From positions 3,826 to 67,825 of IMG/VR virus record IMGVR_UViG_3300009060_000001: a DNA stretch of 64,000 nucleotides; one strand, written 5' to 3'. Shown in pieces: positions 39,925 to 49,502 of the stretch (position 1 is its first letter; each line of letters opens with the position of its first letter). A program made the translations under genes and the position numbers. Origin of the DNA: a virus. The notes beneath the pieces were generated by a model. That model searched no databases. It saw nothing but the letters and a program-made list of their open reading frames with translations, and had not been told where the DNA came from.

Positions 39925-40806
39925 TCAGAAAGCGAAAGACTTTGCCGAAGTCGTTTTATTGGATATATCCTTGCTATCTTGCAGGGATATTGTTGTTACA
40001 TCCCCTGGCGTTGAAAATCCGTATTGATATATAGCATCAGATCCTTTTGAAAGTAAGAACAATTTATCCTCATTGGCATTTAAATAGATGCCGGTATAAC
40101 CACTAGCTGCTGTAACGCTTTGTTGGAGCTGGCCCGAAATGCTTGTAAGATCCCAGGCAGTATTCATTGTATATTGCCGAACAGACTGAATAAAGTTATC
40201 AATAACATAAATCCGTGTTCCAGCCCCTCCTACTCGAAGATCCACCGGCGAAGCATGACCGGGATTAGCAATTGAATATTTTGCCAAATATTGCCAACTG
40301 CTTATATCCCAAGCCTTACTAAAGCCAAAAGAAAAGATTGAATCATCATTATCATCCGGAACAAACATCTTGGTTCCATCTGGCTTAAATTCAAACCCTG
40401 TGATGTCATAAAGCCCCCCTCCAGAGAAGGTTGTAACGCGGTTAAAGAACATCGTTCTAACATCCCAGGCCGTACCAAGTCCATATTCATACACATCAGT
40501 ATCCGAAATCGCCCCCCCCACAGCTTCTGAAAAATAAGCAGCCCTACCATCTGGCCGGAAATAAATATCAGAAGGTATATTCATGGTATCATCCATTTGA
40601 TAGGCATACTCAAATGAAATCGTTGGAAGGGACCAGGATGTCGAAAGGGAATATTTATAAATAGTCCGCGTACTCCCATCAAGAACAAATATCTGATTCC
40701 CATTGGTATATTGGGAGCCCTCTCCAGGCAAGGAAAAAGAACCTTGATGATCCTGGCATATTTTAAGGAAAGACTCGTAAGAACGTTTAATTATTAGATT
40801 GCTCAT
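39925..40806 (-). CDS. Beta-propeller virion protein
   Basis: Repeated F.PDG...Y.L.TAWD blades. Confidence 0.7.
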   Translation of the reverse strand: MSNLIIKRSYESFLKICQDHQGSFSLPGEGSQYTNGNQIFVLDGSTRTIYKYSLSTSWSLPTISFEYAYQMDDTMNIPSDIYFRPDGRAAYFSEAVGGAISDTDVYEYGLGTAWDVRTMFFNRVTTFSGGGLYDITGFEFKPDGTKMFVPDDNDDSIFSFGFSKAWDISSWQYLAKYSIANPGHASPVDLRVGGAGTRIYVIDNFIQSVRQYTMNTAWDLTSISGQLQQSVTAASGYTGIYLNANEDKLFLLSKGSDAIYQYGFSTPGDVTTISLQDSKDISNKTTSAKSFAF

Positions 40807-40810
40807 AACA

Positions 40811-42985
40811 TCACCTTACTTGCTGGGCTCCGGCCGATAAAAACGAAGGCATAGTAGCATTCCATTTTTTGGCAAATATCCAATCTGTTTTGGCATATCC
40901 TCCAGCTGGATTATAACCATTACTTATTCGAATAACTCCCGGAGTTGCATCAATAGAAAATTTAGAAAGATTCCTACTAGAATTCAGATTAAAATCAGAC
41001 CTGTAAACAAGCCCATTTATTTCGCTATCGGTATCTAGTTTTGGTTGCAATCGCAGCCAATATCTTTCTCCAATAGATAAAGATTGCCCCAAAACAGTAC
41101 TACTTTGATGTTGACCATGGGCCGCGGACCTTACTCTGATATACCAGCCATTATTATTGTAAGAAAACAGGTAATCCTGCGCATCTCCATTTTTAACTAT
41201 TGCAATCCCAAATTGAGTACACCCCCCATATTCTTGGTATGTTAACAATTCTATGGGTACATCAAAGGTGTTAATAGATTCAATGATCTCTCCTGTAACT
41301 GTAAGCAAACTGTTGGAAACTGAAACATTCGGATTATCTCCCCATTTATTTGTATCCAGGGAAGCGCCTTCGAAATCATCAAAGAAAATAAATGTCGCAT
41401 CTCCATTGCTTACATTACTGGCAGATCCATTGCCATAATAGCAATAAATCGAATTATTGTTTTCAAGACTTGCATCAACCTTAACCCATACTTTAGCTAT
41501 TGCATCAGTTCCGGTTCCCGTTACCCGTTCAACCCAAAAAGAATAGGCGGTTTCTTCGGCCAAGTTGCCAAAATTAATATCACCACTATCATTTTTGCCG
41601 GTGGGGAAATTCTGGCTATTACCGTTGAGATGGAAATCGAATCCGGTCCCCCCATTGGTATTTGCCTGAAATCCTATAAGCAGGGGAACCTGAAAGTTTG
41701 TACCGGCTCCAGTCGCGCCGGTAATATCAATTTGTTTCTTGTACATATAACCAGCCATATACGAAGATAGAGTAACACTAACAATAGCCGAAGCAGCCGA
41801 TTCAGCGCCTTCGGTATCAACTGCTGTTACATAGAAATCGTATGATTGGCCATTTGTCAAATTAAGATCTTCGTAATTCAATGTCCCTTTTGGTATTAAA
41901 CTGCTATTACTTTTAACACCATCCTCATACACGTTGTATCCGGCAAGATCATGTTCTGGACTGGCATCCCAGCTAATAGTAGCACTTTGATTGCCTGGAT
42001 TAGCATTTACTCCGGTAAGAGCTGCCGGAGCAACATTTTGCGTTGTCTGCGATACAATGTTGGAAGCCGCGGACTCATTGCCATTTCCATCTTCGGCCGT
42101 TACATAGAAACTATAATTGGTATTTTCGATAAGGCTTGCAACTTGCTGCGGAGAGCTAACCAGGGAATACTGTTTAATGCTGTCCACATACACGTTATAC
42201 CCGGCTACATCGGATTCCGGGCTATCTGTCCAAGAAAGTGTTACGGTTGTGTCGGTAAAGGAATCAATGGCCAAATTAGTAGGAGCCGAAGGAGCTTGGG
42301 TATCAGTAACAGTAGCCGAAACGATGGATGAAAATCCGGATTCATTCCCGGATCCATCAACGGCCGTAATCTTCATATCATAAGAATCCCCATTTATCAA
42401 ATTCGGAATATTGTAATTTATTGCAGATACCAGCCCATTGGTATTAGCCTTGCTGTATCCAGTCCCGGCATCGACATACACGTTATACCCGGCAAGATCC
42501 CCTTCGGAATTAGGATTCCAGGACAGATCAATAGAATTGTTTGTCGCCTGATCTACGGCCAGGCCGGTAGGAGCTGCCGGAGCCACAATATCAATCGGAT
42601 TGGCTGTAACATGGTTGGAATCATTACTTTCTATGCCATTTTTAACCGATACTACCCAAATATCGTAATTATCATCAGTAACCAAATTCGTTACATGGTA
42701 ATTAGAAACAGCTATTCCAGTAACTTCCTGCTCCAGAATGCCAGTTGTATTGTTATAAATTTTTACACTGTAATCATCAAAAGGATAGGCTAAATCATCC
42801 CAATCTAAATCCGCTTCTGATTTAGTAACGTTTGAAATGGAAAGATTTTGTGGTTTCCTGGGCCCGACAATAAAGCTGCCGGACTCTGCGATACGGAGGA
42901 AGGATTTATACTCTGGATTCCGATCGATTCTAAGATAACTCCGATCGCGCCGGTTAACCAATAGATATGTTTCTGTGCAATCCAT
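40811..42985 (-). CDS. Fibronectin type III repeat + DUF2341 virion protein
   Basis: Four Fn3 repeats (LSW..SE.DLAGYNVY...VTAVD..GNES) then YKKQIDITG..FWVE..VWVKV..YCYYGN..FIFFDDF. Confidence 0.85.
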   Translation of the reverse strand: MDCTETYLLVNRRDRSYLRIDRNPEYKSFLRIAESGSFIVGPRKPQNLSISNVTKSEADLDWDDLAYPFDDYSVKIYNNTTGILEQEVTGIAVSNYHVTNLVTDDNYDIWVVSVKNGIESNDSNHVTANPIDIVAPAAPTGLAVDQATNNSIDLSWNPNSEGDLAGYNVYVDAGTGYSKANTNGLVSAINYNIPNLINGDSYDMKITAVDGSGNESGFSSIVSATVTDTQAPSAPTNLAIDSFTDTTVTLSWTDSPESDVAGYNVYVDSIKQYSLVSSPQQVASLIENTNYSFYVTAEDGNGNESAASNIVSQTTQNVAPAALTGVNANPGNQSATISWDASPEHDLAGYNVYEDGVKSNSSLIPKGTLNYEDLNLTNGQSYDFYVTAVDTEGAESAASAIVSVTLSSYMAGYMYKKQIDITGATGAGTNFQVPLLIGFQANTNGGTGFDFHLNGNSQNFPTGKNDSGDINFGNLAEETAYSFWVERVTGTGTDAIAKVWVKVDASLENNNSIYCYYGNGSASNVSNGDATFIFFDDFEGASLDTNKWGDNPNVSVSNSLLTVTGEIIESINTFDVPIELLTYQEYGGCTQFGIAIVKNGDAQDYLFSYNNNGWYIRVRSAAHGQHQSSTVLGQSLSIGERYWLRLQPKLDTDSEINGLVYRSDFNLNSSRNLSKFSIDATPGVIRISNGYNPAGGYAKTDWIFAKKWNATMPSFLSAGAQQVR

Positions 42986-43410
42986 TACTTATCATCCAAA
43001 GAGAATTCACCCCGTTGGAGCTGATATGGATCTCCACCGGCATCGGTAACAACGATTCGATACCAATAGGGAACCAAAAGTTCCAAATTGGCAATTAATG
43101 TATCCCAAACCAAAGTATGTTTGATTTGATTTTGTTTTCCGGCTGCTGTCCCAGCTGCATTTTCTGTAATCGTCCAATCCTGACTGGCTATTGTAACCAG
43201 CGCATTAGCATTATCATCGGAATGATGGCTTAAAATATAGAGAGCAATGGAAGAACCGGTGAAATCGAATTCCGGATTATTTGTTGGATCCGTATCCTCA
43301 TCATGCTCTTTACAAGTAACTGTAATCGGATAATTGGTTCCATAGGGGACCGAAATATCTTCTTCATATACATCCCGGGGAGAAGTAAGTCTATAAGTTA
43401 CGGTGCTCAT
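42985..43410 (-). CDS. Putative tail/baseplate-upper-like protein
   Basis: FDFTGSSI...YWYRIVVTD...LQRGEF beta pattern. Confidence 0.45.
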   Translation of the reverse strand: MSTVTYRLTSPRDVYEEDISVPYGTNYPITVTCKEHDEDTDPTNNPEFDFTGSSIALYILSHHSDDNANALVTIASQDWTITENAAGTAAGKQNQIKHTLVWDTLIANLELLVPYWYRIVVTDAGGDPYQLQRGEFSLDDK

Positions 43411-43571
43411 TGTCTGTTTATTTAAGGGTTAAAATAGAAGTCCTAAACTCTCCGTTTCCAGGTATCCGCTTTCTCGCGCCGATTTAATGGGCAATAATGT
43501 AAACTATGCCCCAAACTATGAAATAAACGGCAAAAACGCCTACAATTACGGCCCATCCAATTTTCTCGCGG

Positions 43572-44492
43572 TCATTTTTCATAGATATTTGCCCCCAAAG
43601 CGTTTTGCGCAGCTTCGTACCCCAAGCTCAACAGGTTATTAAGATGTCGCCTGGAGAAGTCCAGCCCACTGCCGATCGGTGTTTCGGGAGTTATAACATC
43701 AATATCGATATGCCGGTAATAGCGATCAGAACCCGGCTTTCGCAGTTGAATGCCTTTGGATTGGGCTTGGCCTACCAGGTTATTTACATTCTCAACGCTC
43801 TTTATATCGTTTATAAATACTTCATGGGTAAGGATGCCAATTGATTTCCGGGCAATATTAAAGAGATCATTGGTAACTAGGCTGCGCTTGAAGCCCAACG
43901 GTTCGGTCGTTATGGCGATGATACGATCACAACCATTATCAATGAGATCCGCCAGGGGAGCAATATTTACCAATCCTCCATCCACAAAAGGCTCATTTTC
44001 AATGCGTACCGGGGGCCATACCACCGGAATGGATGTACTGGCCAGCAGCACCTTATGAAATTTAGCTACGTCATGGCCATATAAACCACTGTGATATTTT
44101 CCGGTATCAATATCAACGCGCCCAATCTCCAGAGCCAACTTAATATCGCTGGGCATGATGTTTCTGGCAATCAGCTCGGCCAACGCGCCGTTATCGTACA
44201 CTGCATCCACCGGTCCACCGATCCCCATCTTCCATTTGGCAAACTCCCATGCCAACTCATACCATTTTTTCTTGCGATACACATCGGATTGGGTGATCCT
44301 CTCCCATATTGTATGCAGCGCCACTACTTTCCTGGCAGCCACAAACGCGCCGTTGAGCGCACCAACGCTCACTCCAGCGACCGCATGATAGCTGTATCCT
44401 TGCTCTTTGAGCCATCGAAGGGCTCCGGCTTGGAATGCTCCTTTTGCTCCACCGCCCGAAAGGGCTATACCTATTTTTTCAGCCTGTGCCAT
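43572..44492 (-). CDS. Patatin-like phospholipase
   Basis: LSGGGAKG, GVSVG (catalytic Ser) and FVDGG motifs are all intact. Confidence 0.93.
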   Translation of the reverse strand: MAQAEKIGIALSGGGAKGAFQAGALRWLKEQGYSYHAVAGVSVGALNGAFVAARKVVALHTIWERITQSDVYRKKKWYELAWEFAKWKMGIGGPVDAVYDNGALAELIARNIMPSDIKLALEIGRVDIDTGKYHSGLYGHDVAKFHKVLLASTSIPVVWPPVRIENEPFVDGGLVNIAPLADLIDNGCDRIIAITTEPLGFKRSLVTNDLFNIARKSIGILTHEVFINDIKSVENVNNLVGQAQSKGIQLRKPGSDRYYRHIDIDVITPETPIGSGLDFSRRHLNNLLSLGYEAAQNALGANIYEK

Positions 44493-44495
44493 AGT

Positions 44496-44843
44496 TTACC
44501 CTTCCTTACGATAATACATGGTATAGGCCAGCGTTACTTGCTGCGTGCCGGTCGTGTTGGTAAACTGAAAGTCCGCAATATCTTCCGGGCTATTCAACCA
44601 AAATTCATCGCCCTGAACACGTTGATGTCCCGGATTGGCCGATGGATCGATCCCCTCTGCGAACGTTACATCGTTCGTATTGACCGTAATTCTGCATTTT
44701 TGCGCCTGTTGGCCGTTTCGCGTATAGTCAGCCTGGGCAAAACTTTTGGCTGCATCAGCCGTATTCTGAATTGTGGATGTGATTCCCGGAACTAACAACT
44801 GTCGTTGCTCGGTTTCCTGGATAGAATTGTTTCGGCGTTTCAT
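44496..44843 (-). CDS. Hypothetical (possible structural) protein
   Basis: 115-aa beta-rich ORF. Confidence 0.6.
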   Translation of the reverse strand: MKRRNNSIQETEQRQLLVPGITSTIQNTADAAKSFAQADYTRNGQQAQKCRITVNTNDVTFAEGIDPSANPGHQRVQGDEFWLNSPEDIADFQFTNTTGTQQVTLAYTMYYRKEG

Positions 44844-44854
44844 AATGATAAAAT

Positions 44855-45244
44855 TTATCGTTCAGATTTTATTTCGGGTAAATCAACTACCTTGCCAGCC
44901 ATATCGTGCGTACAATCGCCACAATATTGGATCTTGCCCTTAGTAATGATGCTATGGCAGATCTTACATTCCGGCGCGGAAGTATCCGGATGCTGCTCAT
45001 TGTAGCTGCACCAACATTCTTTTTTACTATGGCCAGGGACGTAATGGCCGGTTCGCAGCAATAGCGAAGGTCGGAAGGTCGGCCGTTCGAGATTTCCGTT
45101 GAACTCCCACACCAACTTCTGATCCTTATTGGTATAAATCAAGTGTTCTTCATCACATGCCGGACAAACAAAGCAATATCCAATGATCTTCCAATCATCA
45201 TCGCCCTGCTTGTTCGGTATTTTGTACGCTCTTACTTTTGCCAT
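44855..45244 (-). CDS. DUF6527-like Zn-binding protein
   Basis: CPAC..H...WEFNGNLERPTFRPSLL...CHSIITKGKIQYCGDCTH. Confidence 0.75.
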   Translation of the reverse strand: MAKVRAYKIPNKQGDDDWKIIGYCFVCPACDEEHLIYTNKDQKLVWEFNGNLERPTFRPSLLLRTGHYVPGHSKKECWCSYNEQHPDTSAPECKICHSIITKGKIQYCGDCTHDMAGKVVDLPEIKSER

Positions 45245-45245
45245 A

Positions 45246-45767
45246 TCACTGTTGGAGATCTATAAATTCAGTTGATTGATACTGATCGGAACCCTTTTGG
45301 GCAAAAATATCAACTCGCAATATCTGTGGACAGCTGAATGTATGGTACACTTGCACCCGGTAGCCAGTCAATTCAACACCCCATCCATCGTAGGATACAG
45401 TAGGGCCTGTGCAACGTGTTTTGATCCAAGCGGTATCCGCTTTCGTGCTGAATGCTAATCCAAGGGTGTATTCCGGCGCGCCGGTCTGCCGGGCTATCGA
45501 CCATTGCACATTGGCAATAGGATCCGGAGTTACAACAATCCGCATCAGTAGATTCCTCACTACATTAATAGTATCCCCTGGCACTTGAAAAGCAGCGTTC
45601 ACCGCGCTTTCCAAGCTCTTATGCTCGGTATAATGATTAGATAGGGTATCGAGTTTAAATAGCACCTGATAATCACTGGACTCGTCAGCAACGATCTGTA
45701 CCTTGTCCAGCTGCGCGCGGACAATCCCCGGGACGATCAATAGTACCATCAATAGAAGCTTTTTCAT
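45246..45767 (-). CDS. Secreted hypothetical protein
   Basis: Signal peptide MKKLLLMVLLIVPGIVRA|Q. Confidence 0.7.
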   Translation of the reverse strand: MKKLLLMVLLIVPGIVRAQLDKVQIVADESSDYQVLFKLDTLSNHYTEHKSLESAVNAAFQVPGDTINVVRNLLMRIVVTPDPIANVQWSIARQTGAPEYTLGLAFSTKADTAWIKTRCTGPTVSYDGWGVELTGYRVQVYHTFSCPQILRVDIFAQKGSDQYQSTEFIDLQQ

Positions 45768-46009
45768 AATGGCGACCCCACAACTCCGAAGATGCTCAAA
45801 AATTGCTTGGCCATTTGACCCACATTAAGCCCTAACGCTCCCCCTATCCAATAGATAAGGACTAACCCCAATGCGATGACTGCTACTCGTATAACGAGCG
45901 CCAACACCGCTGTTCCGGATATTTTGTTATCCGCATCACGTAATCTAAGCCAGCTCCCACCTTTGCGCGTGAGCGCCCGGCCGATCGCTTCCTTTATCGT
46001 ATTCCACAT
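45764..46009 (-). CDS. Small membrane protein
   Basis: Long hydrophobic segment. Confidence 0.6.
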   Translation of the reverse strand: MWNTIKEAIGRALTRKGGSWLRLRDADNKISGTAVLALVIRVAVIALGLVLIYWIGGALGLNVGQMAKQFLSIFGVVGSPL

Positions 46010-46027
46010 GGTTCTCCTTTTTTATGG

Positions 46028-47620
46028 TTACATGGCATCGCGGAACGATTCCCCGCGCCGTTGATTTTTGATATACTTTTCAAGCCGATTGATCCTGGAT
46101 CCATAATCCGCTTTAGGATCCTGTTTGGCTACTTTTTTCACTGGAACAAAGTCTGGAGGACTCTCCGCGCACAGCAGTAGGTTCTTCGTTTCATCGATCG
46201 CGTGATCTACCGAATCCTTATGAATAAGCTCCGGATCTGTTTCCGAATGCTTGGCTGCCAGAAGTTCATTGATCGTTGGATCGCACTGTCCTTTGAAAAA
46301 CTGTAAATCCGGCTCAACCTCTAAGTTTTCATGGTGTTCATCAAGTTCAAAATGCAAGGCCGTATGAACGCCCATAACAGCCGTTACTCGGTTATATTTT
46401 ACTTCATAAAGGGGAATGCCTTCCTTGGCAAATAGATCCTCCCAGGTTATATCTCCGCCCTCTATATCCATATTATTGTGCTTTTGGAAAGCCCAAGTAT
46501 CACTCACAACAAATTCCGGCGCGCGACCGCCCGTAAACTTGCAGGCTTCTATCTTATCACAGATTGTTTGCACATGCTCGGGAGCCTTTATTGATGGACC
46601 ATCTCCGGGATCCCCATAGTATTGCATGATCTTATACTTCTTACCCTTCGGAGTAACGGCATATAGCCCAAAGGAGCAGGGAGCCCCTACACCGGCATCC
46701 AATGATCCAATTAATCGCCAATGATGCGGTATAACAAATTCCTCTGGATCCTTTTGATGATTAACTGGATAATCCTTTAGAATCTCTTTAGGATCTACTT
46801 CGTGAAACATCCGGATAACGGTAAACATCAGACCAACAAAGGCATCCGGATCGCCTTTCAAGTAGGCTTCTCGCAACTGCTTAGGCAGCTCTCGAAGCGT
46901 ATTTACATATTGGGGATCTTTCTCCAGTAATGCGCGATTCTGATCTAACGGCGCGAAAATAAAAATATAATCATCCTTATTCTCACCATCGGAGTAGGTT
47001 TTATCCCAAAACCACCGGCGAAGGGCATTGTGGCCAGGACCGCCCCAATTAAAAGTAAACAGAGTTCGGGGCATATAATCGGCATTTCTGTTGATCGCAA
47101 TATCAGAAGGCCGGTTATTCTTATACATCCCCTTCATCATTTCTTCGGTAAAATGACCAGCTTCTTCCAGGATATATAAATCGGCCGAAACCCCTTCAAA
47201 TTGATCCACATCGCTGGGATTGTTGCAATACATAAATTGCACCATGCCCCCGGATGGCATATAGAATATCTTGTCTTGTTCGGAGTATTGAATAATTTCT
47301 TTATCTAAGAAATCTCGGAGTTCATTCTTGGCAGGAAGGATATGGTTTCTTTTGAGCGTGGTAAGACGAGAGCGCACAACTACAACTACAATAGGAAGGT
47401 TATATGTTAATCCAAAGGCAACGGCTCGCGCGCCGTAACTCTTTCCTCCGCCTTTGGGGCCACCAAAGCCAATCCTTCGCCAAGGAGCGCCTGGAGCCAT
47501 ACACTTGCCTAATATTTTCTGAGAACCAAGCAGCTCGTCATTAGTAGGATGTCCTTGCAGCTTATATGGCCACTGCAATTCATTCGTAGCTGTTGGCTTC
47601 AAATGGGTGTTTATAGCCAA
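46028..47620 (-). CDS. terL: Terminase large subunit
   Basis: Walker A GGPKGGGKS, Walker B YILEEAG, TFNWGGPG, nuclease LDAG...DHAIDE. Confidence 0.92.
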   Translation of the reverse strand: MAINTHLKPTATNELQWPYKLQGHPTNDELLGSQKILGKCMAPGAPWRRIGFGGPKGGGKSYGARAVAFGLTYNLPIVVVVVRSRLTTLKRNHILPAKNELRDFLDKEIIQYSEQDKIFYMPSGGMVQFMYCNNPSDVDQFEGVSADLYILEEAGHFTEEMMKGMYKNNRPSDIAINRNADYMPRTLFTFNWGGPGHNALRRWFWDKTYSDGENKDDYIFIFAPLDQNRALLEKDPQYVNTLRELPKQLREAYLKGDPDAFVGLMFTVIRMFHEVDPKEILKDYPVNHQKDPEEFVIPHHWRLIGSLDAGVGAPCSFGLYAVTPKGKKYKIMQYYGDPGDGPSIKAPEHVQTICDKIEACKFTGGRAPEFVVSDTWAFQKHNNMDIEGGDITWEDLFAKEGIPLYEVKYNRVTAVMGVHTALHFELDEHHENLEVEPDLQFFKGQCDPTINELLAAKHSETDPELIHKDSVDHAIDETKNLLLCAESPPDFVPVKKVAKQDPKADYGSRINRLEKYIKNQRRGESFRDAM

Positions 47621-47635
47621 AATAGATATTTTGAT

Positions 47636-47645
47636 AGTCCTAACG
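47636..47645 (-). promoter_or_regulatory. Putative late promoter motif CGTTAGGACT
   Basis: Also at 39866-39875 and 56637-56646, with variants at 43439-43448 and 33183-33189; all intergenic. Confidence 0.5.
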
Positions 47646-47848
47646 AGAACACTAGAAAGTTACCAAAATTTCTATATTTTACAATTGAACATACTGATCC
47701 CTGATTTTGTGCCGTCTGCATAAATCAGCGAAAGGCTCCAGTTGATAGCTGGGGCCTTTTTATTTTGAAAAAATACCGGCCAGTCATTTCCAGACCAGCC
47801 GGTTTATACGTTGGCTTAAGTACAAATCAGCCCAACCAAATGGGCCAG

Positions 47849-47919
47849 TTGCCCGGGGAGGATTCGAACCTCCGTTTTCGGCTCCAAAGGCCAACGTCCT
47901 GCCACTAGACGACCGGGCA
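47849..47919 (-). tRNA. tRNA-Gln(TTG)
   Basis: TGCCCGG..GTCTAGTGGCAGGAC..TTGGC-CTTTGGA-GCCGA..GGAGGTTCGAATCCTCC-CCGGGCA-A; CCA not encoded. Confidence 0.9.
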
Positions 47920-47920
47920 A

Positions 47921-48055
47921 TGAACCGGCCGGGATCTCCCCGACCGGAACCCTGTAAGGTTTCCTCCAGTAACTTGTACTGAAAGAGCATTGGCATCGAG
48001 CGCGATGTCGTTTTTAGATATGCACAATGCCAATGGGTAAGGTGCTTAGCGTTCG
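47921..48055 (-). ncRNA. Structured RNA between two tRNA-like genes
   Basis: Stems CATTGGCAT/ATGCCAATG, CAGTA/TACTG, GGAAACCT/AGGGTTCC, GGTCGGG/CCCGGCC. Confidence 0.45.
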
Positions 48056-48145
48056 TTGACCGAATGGGACTCGAACCCACATTCCCTGGTGATAGCTGCT
48101 AGCAGCCCTTTAGTCAGGTGTCCTATCCAATTAGACGACCGGCCA
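48056..48145 (-). ncRNA. tRNA-like RNA with a 24-nt expanded anticodon loop
   Basis: Intact acceptor (TGGCCGG/TCGGTCA), D arm and T arm (GTGGG-TTCGAGT-CCCAT); anticodon stem encloses CTAAAGGGCTGCTAGCAGCTATCA. Confidence 0.75.
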
Positions 48146-48148
48146 ATA

Positions 48149-48397
48149 TTATTTTCGTTGAATCTTATGCAGCGGAAATACGGCTGCATTCACAACGCGA
48201 TCCTCATGCTCAATTATTTCCTTCCTGTGAGAGCGAAGGAATACTAGCTCAAAATCATTCGTAAATGCCACTGTCTGCGCATATTCATCTTTCTTCTTAC
48301 TTACCTTCACTACATTGTTATGTGTCCGCGATCGCTGCGGAGATTTTAAAATAGCGAACTCCTGTCCCTTTCGTAATTTAGCCATCGTTATCTTCAC
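48149..48397 (-). CDS. Hypothetical protein
   Basis: 82-aa ORF, ATGA overlap. Confidence 0.6.
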   Translation of the reverse strand: MKITMAKLRKGQEFAILKSPQRSRTHNNVVKVSKKKDEYAQTVAFTNDFELVFLRSHRKEIIEHEDRVVNAAVFPLHKIQRK

Positions 48398-48780
48398 TCA
48401 TAGTTATCTAAACAGTATTTAACTTCGTTAATAAGTTCAATGAATTCTTCGGAAAACCCATCCACATTTTTCTCAATATAATGGACTAGATTCCGGGATG
48501 CACCTTTTAGGGCTTCTTGTTTTAAATAGGCATCAACCTTCTTCGATACTTCGACCGAACGTTTGGCCTGGGCCACCGGATCTTCTGCCTTATCCAAGTC
48601 TAACCCTTCCACATTATCGTTGATCTGTGCCAGGCGCATAACAATACCAGCAAGCTCATAATAAGAGCCAACGGAAAACGCTTGCCCACTGGCAGTACTT
48701 AGCAGCACAACCGCTATACGCTCGTTAAAAATGGCTTCATCCAATTGTAATTCGTAATTCGAAACAAATCTTGAAATCAC
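48394..48780 (-). CDS. Hypothetical protein
   Basis: 128-aa ORF coupled to the recombinase gene. Confidence 0.65.
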   Translation of the reverse strand: MISRFVSNYELQLDEAIFNERIAVVLLSTASGQAFSVGSYYELAGIVMRLAQINDNVEGLDLDKAEDPVAQAKRSVEVSKKVDAYLKQEALKGASRNLVHYIEKNVDGFSEEFIELINEVKYCLDNYE

Positions 48781-49364
48781 TGTGCTAATATGGCTTGATT
48801 AATCTTTTCGGTGTCCGCGCCGATGTAGTGCAGCGTGGTTTCAACGTTTTTATGGCCAAAAGCTTTCTGCGTAGCGCGAATATCATGGCCGGTATTCTCG
48901 TAAACGCGCATCCCAAAAGTCTTTCGCATACTATGAGTACCTACGCGATCGTAGATATTAAGCGCATTGGTAGCTTTTTTGAGGATCCGAATGGCCTGAA
49001 CATTCGTTATAGGCTTATTATCGCCTTTTCTGGACTGAAATATGTACCAACCCCGGCTAAAACCATCTTGTTCCCGAAGCTGCTCTACATGCTGCATAAC
49101 GGCTTCTTCCATGCGATCATGTACTGGAATAGCCATCCGATCGCCATTTTTTTTCATGTTGGAAGGAGATACCCAAACCTTGCCAACCATATTACCATCT
49201 GGAGTAAACAGATCTTTTATTTTAAGGCTCAATACCTCGGAGATCCGATACCCGGCAAAGCGCTGAATAGCAAACATCGCGCGATTGCGGAGCTGACTCT
49301 TGGTTAAAAAGTATTGTTCAATCTCATTGTATTCTTCATCGGTTAAATCCCGGCGAGCGGCCAT
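48777..49364 (-). CDS. Tyrosine recombinase, catalytic domain only
   Basis: GYRISEVLSL, THSMRKTFG, FGHKNVETTLHY (R-H-R-H-Y); start moved to ATG 49364. Confidence 0.9.
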   Translation of the reverse strand: MAARRDLTDEEYNEIEQYFLTKSQLRNRAMFAIQRFAGYRISEVLSLKIKDLFTPDGNMVGKVWVSPSNMKKNGDRMAIPVHDRMEEAVMQHVEQLREQDGFSRGWYIFQSRKGDNKPITNVQAIRILKKATNALNIYDRVGTHSMRKTFGMRVYENTGHDIRATQKAFGHKNVETTLHYIGADTEKINQAILAQ

Positions 49365-49410
49365 ATTAATCCCAATTTTGGTTCCCATTATAATTCCAAT
49401 CATCCAACCT

Positions 49411-49501
49411 AAAGAAAGAAGGGAGCCCTGCACGATGGTTGCTAAAAGCTGCGTTTACATGACTTTGACATCGGCCAGGACTCTCCGTTCCCAGGTGCTA
49501 C
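49411..49501 (-). ncRNA. Candidate small RNA / recombinase leader
   Basis: Downstream of the TTGACA-17-TAACAT promoter; long hairpin GGAGAGTCCTG..CGATG/CATCG..CAGGGCTCCC followed by TTCTTTCTTT. Confidence 0.5.
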
Positions 49502-49502
49502 A

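Noticed and set aside
39925-42985. Diversity-generating retroelement targeting receptor proteins
   Set aside because: No reverse transcriptase and no template/variable repeat pair seen
43572-45244. Complete CBASS operon (patatin plus DUF6527)
   Set aside because: No CD-NTase, E1/E2 or adjacent JAB gene
13315-47000. Many plus-strand ORFs of 60-240 aa overlapping late genes
   Set aside because: Antisense shadows of long minus-strand CDSs with no recognisable motifs; only 33302-34030 is accepted
48056-48145. Amber suppressor tRNA and stop-codon recoding
   Set aside because: CTA occurs in the loop but not in a 7-nt anticodon loop. Long genes are intact under code 11 and TAG is used as a normal stop.
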